In this document: positions 8,730 to 15,904 of the stretch, one piece after another
How the letters are laid out: each line of letters opens with the position of its first letter
Position numbering within the stretch: position 1 is the stretch's first letter
Assembly (NCBI GenBank): GCA_015686845.1
Contig: JADPRS010000006.1
Span: 66,327-90,326, forward strand
Length of the DNA stretch: 24,000 bases
Origin: Lutibacter sp. B2
GTDB lineage: Bacteria > Bacillota > Clostridia > Peptostreptococcales > Thermotaleaceae
Reading direction: 5' to 3'
The notes under the pieces: generated by a model
Databases searched by the model: none
What the model was told of the DNA's origin: nothing
What the model saw: the letters and a program-made list of their open reading frames with translations, nothing else
Translations under genes and position numbers: made by a program

Positions 8730-9407
8730 ATGTTTAATTTAAAAATGAAAAGAAAGAATATTTTTATCATCTCTTTAATTTGTATACTTTGTTGTATTAG
8801 TTATTTAAATTATGCAGTTAACAAATATTCATCATTAGATACTTCTAGTGGTTTTAAAGAATATGAGGAGAATGCACTTACTGAAAAAATGAAAGAAGAT
8901 CAAAACATCACTAAAGATCAAGATAATGAAACACAATCTATAAATTCTGATGAAGATAAAAAAGATTTGGTTGTTGTAGATAGTAATGAAAGTCAAATTG
9001 ATGGACTTGTTGCTCAAACAAGTAAAAATATAGAAAATACAATGACGAATACAAAGAGCAGTAGTTTTTTTATAGAAGCAAGACTTAATATGAATATGGA
9101 ACGAGAAAAGATGATTGTGTTACTGAATGAAATTATCAATAATAGTAATACAGACCAAAAAAATATCGTATCAGCAAATGATGAAAAAATGAAATTAATT
9201 GATATAATGAATAAGGAAAAAATTGTAGAGAATTTAATAAAATCCAAAGGTTTCGAAGATACAGTTGTATTTATAACGGATTATTCAGTAAATGTCATTG
9301 TTGAAACAGAACAATTTACGGATCCAGATATGGCAAAAATTTTTGACATTGTTATGAGAGAAACGAAAGTGCCTGTTGATAATATAAAAATATCAAACAA
9401 ATTTTAG
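8730..9407 (+). CDS. spoIIIAH: Stage III sporulation protein AH
   Basis: It has an N-terminal TM segment and a polar, low-complexity linker. The C-terminal domain reads VVFITDYSVNVIVETE. It is the last gene of the AA-AH series. The SD is ggggga. Confidence 0.85.
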   Translation: MFNLKMKRKNIFIISLICILCCISYLNYAVNKYSSLDTSSGFKEYEENALTEKMKEDQNITKDQDNETQSINSDEDKKDLVVVDSNESQIDGLVAQTSKNIENTMTNTKSSSFFIEARLNMNMEREKMIVLLNEIINNSNTDQKNIVSANDEKMKLIDIMNKEKIVENLIKSKGFEDTVVFITDYSVNVIVETEQFTDPDMAKIFDIVMRETKVPVDNIKISNKF

Positions 9408-9413
9408 TTATAT

Positions 9414-9442
9414 TTGTAAAGAGACTCGTATTTTGATATAAT
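9414..9442 (+). promoter_or_regulatory. Sigma-A-type promoter for the asp23 cluster
   Basis: The -35 is TTGTAA (9414-9419), the spacer is 17 nt, and the -10 is TATAAT (9437-9442). The -10 is extended by TG at 9434-9435 (TGaTATAAT). Confidence 0.45.
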
Positions 9443-9483
9443 GAACGTTAGATATAATTACATAAGGGTAGGAGGTTAATTAA

Positions 9484-9873
9484 GTGGATACTAATTTCGA
9501 GAATATGGAATATGGACAAATAAAAATTGCAGACGAAGTGGTAGGCACTATAGCTGGTTTAGCAGCTACTGAGGTTGCAGGTGTGGCTGGAATGAGTGGT
9601 GGTATTGCAGGTGGCATAGCAGAAATGCTAGGTAGAAAAAATTTGTCTACGGGTGTTAAAGTAGAAGTTGGGGAGCAGGAGACTGCAATTGATCTATTTG
9701 TAGTCGTAGAATATGGTGTGAAAATACCTGATGTAGCTTGGCAAATACAAGAAAGTGTAAAAAAAGCAATAGAAACAATGACGGGTCTTAATGTAATAGA
9801 AGTTAATATACATGTTCAGGGTGTAAATATAGAAAAAAATAATCAAGAAGAACCACAGTTAAGATTAAAATAA
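9484..9873 (+). CDS. asp23: Asp23/Gls24-family alkaline shock protein
   Basis: It contains KIADEVVGTIAGLAATEVAGVAGM, the signature of the DUF322/Asp23 family. The GTG start lies 7-8 nt after the SD aggagg. Confidence 0.9.
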   Translation: MDTNFENMEYGQIKIADEVVGTIAGLAATEVAGVAGMSGGIAGGIAEMLGRKNLSTGVKVEVGEQETAIDLFVVVEYGVKIPDVAWQIQESVKKAIETMTGLNVIEVNIHVQGVNIEKNNQEEPQLRLK

Positions 9874-9883
9874 TGGCGCATTA

Positions 9884-9927
9884 AATTAACCCTCTGGATT
9901 TTCAGGGGGTTAATTCAAATGTTTTTA
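9884..9927 (+). terminator. Strong intercistronic hairpin, either a partial terminator or an mRNA stabiliser
   Basis: A 13-bp stem pairs 9884-9896 with 9903-9915, with one G-U pair and a loop of gatttt. The only T-run (gttttta, 9921-9927) is displaced, so termination is probably incomplete. Confidence 0.45.
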
Positions 9928-9943
9928 CAGGAGGTTTAGTAAG

Positions 9944-10480
9944 ATGAAATTTATAGATAGAATACTATTATGCATATATAGCGGTTTCATTTTAATGGTC
10001 TCTTTAATACTTATTTTCAATACTTTTAATGATCAAACATATATTTTAATAAATAATTTTTTGAAACAGTATGGACAAGCACCTGAATATCTTGTTATCC
10101 TAGTAATGTTGTTCTTTATAAGTATTCGTTTTTTAATATCTGGCGTAAAATTAAAGAAAGTTAAAACAGTAGGTATTATAAAATATACTTCTCATGGAGA
10201 AATAAACATTTCTATAAGTACGATTGAAGGAATGACAATCAAAGCGATAAAATCAATAATTGGTTTGAAAGAAATAAAAGCAATTGTACACCCATTAGAA
10301 GATGGATTACTTATAAAAATTCATACTTCAGTAGCAGGTGATACTAATATTCCAGAAACAGCGAATTTAGTACAACAAAATGTTAAAGATTATATTGAAA
10401 AATATACAGAAATTGAAGTGAAAGAAGTGAAGATTTATATAAATAATATTGTTAATAGTACTAAAAAAAGAGTAGAATAA
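9944..10480 (+). CDS. amaP: Alkaline shock response membrane anchor protein AmaP-like
   Basis: It has two N-terminal TM segments followed by a soluble Asp23-like domain. It lies immediately downstream of asp23, as in other Firmicutes. Confidence 0.75.
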   Translation: MKFIDRILLCIYSGFILMVSLILIFNTFNDQTYILINNFLKQYGQAPEYLVILVMLFFISIRFLISGVKLKKVKTVGIIKYTSHGEINISISTIEGMTIKAIKSIIGLKEIKAIVHPLEDGLLIKIHTSVAGDTNIPETANLVQQNVKDYIEKYTEIEVKEVKIYINNIVNSTKKRVE

Positions 10481-10498
10481 AGATTGAGGGGTATAATT

Positions 10499-10726
10499 AT
10501 GAATAAACAAAAACTACTTACCTTTATTTATAAACATCCTGCTAAACTATCAGGAATGTTTATAGGACTTATTTTAAGTATTCTATTTATTTGTATAGGT
10601 ATGATCAAAACAGTATTTATAATCTTTTGTATATATTTAGGCTTCTTTTTTGGAAATAAAATAGACAATAATGAAAATATAATTGAATTATTAGATAAAA
10701 TTTTGCCATTTGGAAATAATAAATAA
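10499..10726 (+). CDS. Small integral membrane protein, DUF2273 family
   Basis: It is a 75-aa two-TM protein starting at the ATG at 10499, with SD gagggg. It is the third member of the usual asp23-amaP-DUF2273 triad. Confidence 0.7.
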   Translation: MNKQKLLTFIYKHPAKLSGMFIGLILSILFICIGMIKTVFIIFCIYLGFFFGNKIDNNENIIELLDKILPFGNNK

Positions 10727-10794
10727 ATCATATATAACAAATTGTGGAAGAATAACTATCTAAAATTAATTTCAATAATAATTAGGAGGATTTT

Positions 10795-11193
10795 ATGCTT
10801 AGAAAAATGGCACGTGAAATAGCAATGCAATTAATTTTTCAAATGGAGGTTCACAAGGACTTTTCGAATGATATAATAAATAAATTTATTAATAACATTC
10901 CTGAAGGTGATAAACAAATTACATATATTAGAGAAGTAGCAACAACTTTTATTGAAAATAAAGATAATGTTGATAGGATGATAGAAGATAAATCTAGAGG
11001 TTGGAAAATAGATAGAATAGCAAAGGTAGACTTGAGTATATTAAGAGTATCTATTACAGAAATTTTTCATATGACAGAAATACCTACTAATGTTTCGGTT
11101 AACGAGGCTATTGAGTTAGCAAAATTATTTAGTACTGCAGATTCAAGTAGTTTTATAAATGGTATTTTAGGAAGTATTTTAGAAAAAAATTGA
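10795..11193 (+). CDS. nusB: Transcription antitermination factor NusB
   Basis: It begins MLRKMAREIAMQLIFQMEV and ends SSSFINGILGSI. It is 132 aa long. The SD is aggagg. Confidence 0.93.
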   Translation: MLRKMAREIAMQLIFQMEVHKDFSNDIINKFINNIPEGDKQITYIREVATTFIENKDNVDRMIEDKSRGWKIDRIAKVDLSILRVSITEIFHMTEIPTNVSVNEAIELAKLFSTADSSSFINGILGSILEKN

Positions 11194-11224
11194 TTACAAT
11201 GAAAAGAAGTGATTACAATGAAAA
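11191..11224 (+). repeat. Tandem direct repeat of the 15-mer tgattacaatgaaaa, period 19 nt
   Basis: The copies at 11191-11205 and 11210-11224 are identical, as read directly from the sequence. Copy 1 carries the nusB stop codon. Copy 2 carries the ATG of the next gene. Confidence 0.9.
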
Positions 11225-12192
11225 AATGTATTTTAGGTATAGATACAAGTAATTATACCACTTCAATTGCCGTAGTAGATCAAATAGGTAATATTCTAAT
11301 AGACAACAGAAGAATATTAAATGTAGTAAAAGGAAAGAGGGGATTGAGACAATCAGATGCCCTCTTTCAGCATGTTGTTAATATTCCTGATTTATTTAAA
11401 GAATGTTCTAATTTATCCATAGACTATGACATTAAAGCTGTTTGTGCAAGTAGTAAACCTCGGCCAGTAGAAAATTCGTATATGCCTGTTTTTAAAGTAT
11501 CTCAATCTTTTGGTAAAAGTATAGCTACTATATTAGGTTGTGAGTATATAGAATGTTCTCATCAAGAAAATCATATAGAGGGTGCACTTTATGCAATAGA
11601 TCATAATTTTAAAGATGAGTTTATTGCTGTACACATTTCGGGAGGAACAACTGAGATTCTTCATGTTAAAAAGAATACTATGATTGGATATGGTATTCAA
11701 ATAATAGGTGGAACATCTGATATAAGTATTGGACAATTTATTGATCGCATTGGTGTGAAATTAGGATTTAATTTTCCAGCTGGTAAGTATATGGACGAAC
11801 TAGTTATAGATACGGGAAATAAACATGACTTTGAAAGATTAAAAGTTTCTGTTAAAGATACATATATGAGTTTTTCTGGACCAGAAACAATGACCAATAA
11901 CCTAATTGATCAAGGAATAGATAAAAAGAATATATCACTTTTAACTTTTGAATGTATTGTTTATGCTTTGAAAAAAGCAATCATAAATAGTTGTAAGGCT
12001 ACAGGAATAAAAGAAGTACTCTTAATGGGCGGAGTTGCATCTAGTAAATATCTGAGAGCACATTTGGTTCGTGCGCTCGATAAAAAAAATATAGAAGTTC
12101 ATTTTGGAAATCCAAGCTACTGTACAGATAATGCAGTCGGAACTGCATTATTAGGAAGGAAAAATATTTTTAAAAAGGAGACTCAAACATGA
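11218..12192 (+). CDS. Kae1/TsaD-like (peptidase M22 / glycoprotease family, ASKHA fold) protein
   Basis: The N-terminal ILGIDTSNYTTSIAVVD is an ASKHA phosphate-1 motif. SHQENHIEGA is an HxxxH metal site like that of TsaD. GGVASSKYLR lies near the C-terminus. The ATG at 11218 is preferred over the GTG at 11209. Confidence 0.8.
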   Translation: MKKCILGIDTSNYTTSIAVVDQIGNILIDNRRILNVVKGKRGLRQSDALFQHVVNIPDLFKECSNLSIDYDIKAVCASSKPRPVENSYMPVFKVSQSFGKSIATILGCEYIECSHQENHIEGALYAIDHNFKDEFIAVHISGGTTEILHVKKNTMIGYGIQIIGGTSDISIGQFIDRIGVKLGFNFPAGKYMDELVIDTGNKHDFERLKVSVKDTYMSFSGPETMTNNLIDQGIDKKNISLLTFECIVYALKKAIINSCKATGIKEVLLMGGVASSKYLRAHLVRALDKKNIEVHFGNPSYCTDNAVGTALLGRKNIFKKETQT

Positions 12193-13049
12193 CTGCAAAA
12201 ATATTAGATGGAAGAAAAATTTCTAAAGAAATAAAACAAAACATTATAACTGAAACTGAAAATCTTGAAAAAGAATATGGAATCAAACCAGGATTAGCGG
12301 TTGTAATTGTAGGCGAAGACGAAGCCTCTTCTGTATATGTTTCAATGAAAGCTAAAGCATGTAAGAATGTAGGTTTTCATTCAGAAACATATAATTTACC
12401 CCAAGATACTTCTCAAAAAGAATTAATTCAACTTATAGGTAAGCTAAATAATGATGCAAAAATACATGGAATTTTAGTACAACTACCACTTCCAAAGGGA
12501 TTTGATGAAAACCTTGTTAACTCACATATATTACCTAGTAAAGATATTGATGGATTTCATGCAATTAATGCCGGAAATTTAATGTTAGGTGAAGATGGAT
12601 ATATTCCTTGTACACCAAAAGGAATTATTGAATTAATAAAAAGAACGGGAACAGATATTTCTGGAAAACACGCTGTCGTTATTGGAAGAAGTAATATTGT
12701 TGGAAAGCCTGTAGGGATTTTATTATTAAGAGAAAATGCTACTGTTACAATATGTCATTCAAGAACAAACAACTTAGCAGAGCATACAAAAAATGCTGAT
12801 ATTATTGTTGCAGCAGTAGGAATCCCTAAATTAATTAAAGGAGATATGATTAAAGAAGGGGCTATTATTATAGATGCAGGAACAAGAAAAGTGGATGAAA
12901 AATTAGTTGGAGATGTAGATTATGATGAAGCTGTAAATAAAGCATCTTGGATTACACCTGTTCCAGGAGGCGTAGGACCAATGACTATAACCATGTTATT
13001 ATTAAACACTTTAGAATCAGCTAAAAAGTCATGCGCATCCGTACGTTAA
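12189..13049 (+). CDS. folD: Bifunctional methylenetetrahydrofolate dehydrogenase/cyclohydrolase
   Basis: It contains ILDGRKISKEI, VYVSMKAKAC, GILVQLPLP, VVIGRSNIVGKP and PVPGGVGPMT. An ATGA overlap joins it to the upstream gene. Confidence 0.95.
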   Translation: MTAKILDGRKISKEIKQNIITETENLEKEYGIKPGLAVVIVGEDEASSVYVSMKAKACKNVGFHSETYNLPQDTSQKELIQLIGKLNNDAKIHGILVQLPLPKGFDENLVNSHILPSKDIDGFHAINAGNLMLGEDGYIPCTPKGIIELIKRTGTDISGKHAVVIGRSNIVGKPVGILLLRENATVTICHSRTNNLAEHTKNADIIVAAVGIPKLIKGDMIKEGAIIIDAGTRKVDEKLVGDVDYDEAVNKASWITPVPGGVGPMTITMLLLNTLESAKKSCASVR

Positions 13050-14272
13050 CTGTATCTGAACTTAATAAATATATTAATAAAATACTTACCATTGATCCTA
13101 TATTGAATCATATAGCATTAAAAGGTGAAATTTCAAATTTTAAATGTCATACAAGTGGTCATTTATATTTTTCATTAAAAGATGAAAAAAGTAAGATTAA
13201 TTGCGTTATGTTTAAAGGGAATACAAAAAATCTTACTTTTAAACCTACAGACGGCATGAATATAATGATCTATGGATCTGTTTCTACATTTGAAAGAGAT
13301 GGTCAATATCAACTGTATGTAAATAGTATGCAACCCGTAGGTTTAGGTGATATGTATGTAGCTTTTGAAAAACTTAAATTAACCCTTGAAAAGGAAGGTC
13401 TTTTTTCTAAAGAAAGAAAAAAAGCAATTCCTAAATTCCCTAAGAAAATTGCAGTTGTTACTTCACCAACGGGAGCCGCAATACGTGATATTATATCGGT
13501 GATAGAAAGAAGAAATAATTGTGTTGATATTTTTATTTTTCCTGTATTGGTTCAAGGGAAAGAAGCTAGCTTACAGATTTCAAATACCATAGATAAAGTA
13601 AATAATACTTATGATGATATTGATGTTATAATTATAAGTAGGGGCGGAGGTTCCATTGAGGAATTATGGGCATTTAATGAAGAAATTGTTGCTAGAAGTA
13701 TTGTAAGGTCTAAAATTCCTATTATCTCCGCTGTAGGACATGAAACTGATTATACTATTTCTGATTTTGTTTCTGATTTAAGAGCTCCTACGCCTTCAGC
13801 TGCTGCTGAACTATCAGTTGCAAATATGTCTAATATAAAAAACAGAATAGACAATTTTTATGAAAAATTAAACATTGTTGTTCAAAATAGTCTACAAAAT
13901 AAAAAAAATAAGGTTCTAAATTTTACTGATAAAAGATTTTTAGCATACATAGAAAATAAGATACAACAAGACAAGCAAGAACTTGATGCTTTACAAGAAA
14001 AGGTTTTACTCTATAGTAATTATAGTTTAGAAAAATGTAAAACAAATTTAATAAAAAATGCATCTAAACTGGAATCACTCAATCCTTTAGCTACTGTTTC
14101 TAGAGGATATTCTATAGTGTTAGATTCAAAAAAAGAACAAATATTAACGAGTGTGAAAAATATTAAAATGAAAGATCGTTTAGAAATTATTCTTAAAGAT
14201 GGAAAATTATCTTGTACTGTAAATAGCAAAAGAGAGGAGGAGCTTAATATTGGACAATCCTTCAAGTATTAA
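13031..14272 (+). CDS. xseA: Exodeoxyribonuclease VII large subunit
   Basis: It has an N-terminal OB fold (LTVSELNKYI, GEISNFK, SGHLYFSLKD) and a catalytic region (ISRGGGSIEELWAFNEE, GHETDYTISDFV, RAPTPSAAAE). It overlaps folD by 19 nt. Confidence 0.93.
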   Translation: MRIRTLTVSELNKYINKILTIDPILNHIALKGEISNFKCHTSGHLYFSLKDEKSKINCVMFKGNTKNLTFKPTDGMNIMIYGSVSTFERDGQYQLYVNSMQPVGLGDMYVAFEKLKLTLEKEGLFSKERKKAIPKFPKKIAVVTSPTGAAIRDIISVIERRNNCVDIFIFPVLVQGKEASLQISNTIDKVNNTYDDIDVIIISRGGGSIEELWAFNEEIVARSIVRSKIPIISAVGHETDYTISDFVSDLRAPTPSAAAELSVANMSNIKNRIDNFYEKLNIVVQNSLQNKKNKVLNFTDKRFLAYIENKIQQDKQELDALQEKVLLYSNYSLEKCKTNLIKNASKLESLNPLATVSRGYSIVLDSKKEQILTSVKNIKMKDRLEIILKDGKLSCTVNSKREEELNIGQSFKY

Positions 14273-14492
14273 GTTTGAAGAAAATGACTCTTTTGAAATT
14301 TCACTAGATAAACTTGAAAAAATAGTATCTATATTAGAAGAAGGAAAACAAACATTAGATGAAATGTTATTCCTTTATGAAGAAGGCATTAAACTTTATA
14401 GGTATTGTAATAATATAATAGATAAATCAGAACAAAAAATAAAAATCCTAACAGATAACGAAACTTTTAGATCTTTTAGTATAGAAAAATAG
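14250..14492 (+). CDS. xseB: Exodeoxyribonuclease VII small subunit
   Basis: It is 80 aa long and contains FEISLDKLEKIVSILEEGKQTLDEMLFLYEEG. The TTG start lies 9 nt after the SD gaggagg. It overlaps the 3' end of xseA. Confidence 0.85.
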   Translation: MDNPSSIKFEENDSFEISLDKLEKIVSILEEGKQTLDEMLFLYEEGIKLYRYCNNIIDKSEQKIKILTDNETFRSFSIEK

Positions 14493-14515
14493 AAATTCAA
14501 AGGGGGGACAATCAT

Positions 14516-15403
14516 ATGGATATTGAAAAAATATTAAAAGAAAAACTTGAAATTATTGAAAAAGCAATGGATCATTATTTGCCTAAAGAAAAAAACTATC
14601 AAGATATTATTTTTGAATCCATGAGATATAGTATCTTTGCTGGTGGGAAAAGATTAAGACCGATACTTATGATGGCTGCTTGTGAATTTGTAAATGGAGA
14701 TATAGATGATGTAATCCCATTTGCGTGTGCAATGGAAATGATTCATTGTTATTCATTAATTCATGATGACTTGCCAGCTATGGATGATGATGATTATAGA
14801 AGAGGAAAATTAACAAATCATAAAGTTTATGGAGATGCAATTGCAATTCTTGCAGGAGATGGTTTATTAAACTATGCATATGAATTAATGATTAAATCAT
14901 CATTAGATAAGAATGAAAATAATAAAAAAATAATAGCGATGAATGAAATAGCATCTTCTGCTGGAATACATGGAATGATAGGTGGTCAAGTAGCTGATCT
15001 AATTAGTGAGAATAAAAGCATTGATGAAAAAACATTAGATTTTATTCACAAAAATAAAACAGGCGCTTTAATTATTTCATCTATCAGGACCGGTGCAATA
15101 CTTGGTGGAGCTACAGAAAAGGAACTGAATGCTTTAAGTGAATATGCTACTAATATAGGGTTAGGTTTTCAAATTACAGATGATATTTTAGATATTATTG
15201 GAGATGAAGAAAAAATAGGCAAAAAGGTCGGTAGTGATATACAAAACAATAAAGCCACTTATCCAGTGCTATATGGTTTAGATGAATCTATGAAAAAAGT
15301 TCAAGATTTATTTAATCAAAGTGTTGAATCACTTAAATCATTTGGTCAAAAATCAGACTTTTTTATCAACTTAGCAGATTATTTAGTAAAAAGGGATTAT
15401 TAA
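14516..15403 (+). CDS. ispA: (2E,6E)-farnesyl diphosphate synthase / polyprenyl synthetase
   Basis: The first Asp-rich motif is LIHDDLPAMDDDDYRRG and the second is FQITDDILD. The SD is aggggggа-like (aaagggggga). Confidence 0.9.
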   Translation: MDIEKILKEKLEIIEKAMDHYLPKEKNYQDIIFESMRYSIFAGGKRLRPILMMAACEFVNGDIDDVIPFACAMEMIHCYSLIHDDLPAMDDDDYRRGKLTNHKVYGDAIAILAGDGLLNYAYELMIKSSLDKNENNKKIIAMNEIASSAGIHGMIGGQVADLISENKSIDEKTLDFIHKNKTGALIISSIRTGAILGGATEKELNALSEYATNIGLGFQITDDILDIIGDEEKIGKKVGSDIQNNKATYPVLYGLDESMKKVQDLFNQSVESLKSFGQKSDFFINLADYLVKRDY

Positions 15404-15419
15404 TTAGGGAGGAACTAAT

Positions 15420-15863
15420 TTGTTCTTTTATCAGCAAATTTTAAAAAATAATATATTATGTGCAGCATTTTTATCTTGGCTAATGGCACAAATTCTAAAA
15501 GTAGTTATTACCCTAATTTTGGATAAACGACTTGATTTCTATAGATTTGTTGGTGCTGGTGGAATGCCTAGTTCTCATTCTTCTCTTGTTATGTGTTTAT
15601 CCACATCAATCGGTTTAAAATGTGGCTGGGACTCAACACAATATGCCATTGCCCTATCTTTTGCAATCATTATTATGTATGATGCTTCAGGTGTTAGAAG
15701 ATCCGTTGGAAAACAAGCAATGATACTCAATCAGATCATTGAAGATAGACAAAATCATAGACCTATTGGTGAAGAAAAATTAAAAGAATTAATTGGACAT
15801 ACACCTGTGGAAGTTATTGCAGGAGCAATATTAGGTATTCTTGTAGCCAACATTATAATTTGA
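15420..15863 (+). CDS. Divergent PAP2-family membrane protein (DUF212, acid phosphatase/vanadium haloperoxidase-related)
   Basis: It is 147 aa long with four predicted TM segments. It contains GGMPSSHSS and DASGVRR, motifs characteristic of DUF212. The TTG start lies 8 nt after the SD gggagg. Confidence 0.85.
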   Translation: MFFYQQILKNNILCAAFLSWLMAQILKVVITLILDKRLDFYRFVGAGGMPSSHSSLVMCLSTSIGLKCGWDSTQYAIALSFAIIIMYDASGVRRSVGKQAMILNQIIEDRQNHRPIGEEKLKELIGHTPVEVIAGAILGILVANIII

Positions 15864-15888
15864 TATTACAATAATGATATGATATAAT
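15860..15888 (+). promoter_or_regulatory. Near-consensus sigma-A promoter directly upstream of the structured RNA
   Basis: The -35 is TTGATA (15860-15865) and overlaps the TGA stop of the DUF212 gene. The spacer is 17 nt and the -10 is TATAAT (15883-15888). A TG extension lies at 15880-15881. The predicted transcription start is near 15895. Confidence 0.5.
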
Positions 15889-15904
15889 ACAGTTTACAAA
15901 AATT

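Noticed and set aside
1180-10498. N-terminally extended versions of track ORFs starting at 1180, 5081, 5890, 7403, 8097 and 10484
   Set aside because: The extensions overlap the preceding genes, lack SD sequences, and would bury signal, pilin-leader or TM N-termini. Downstream in-frame starts with proper SD spacing were used instead.
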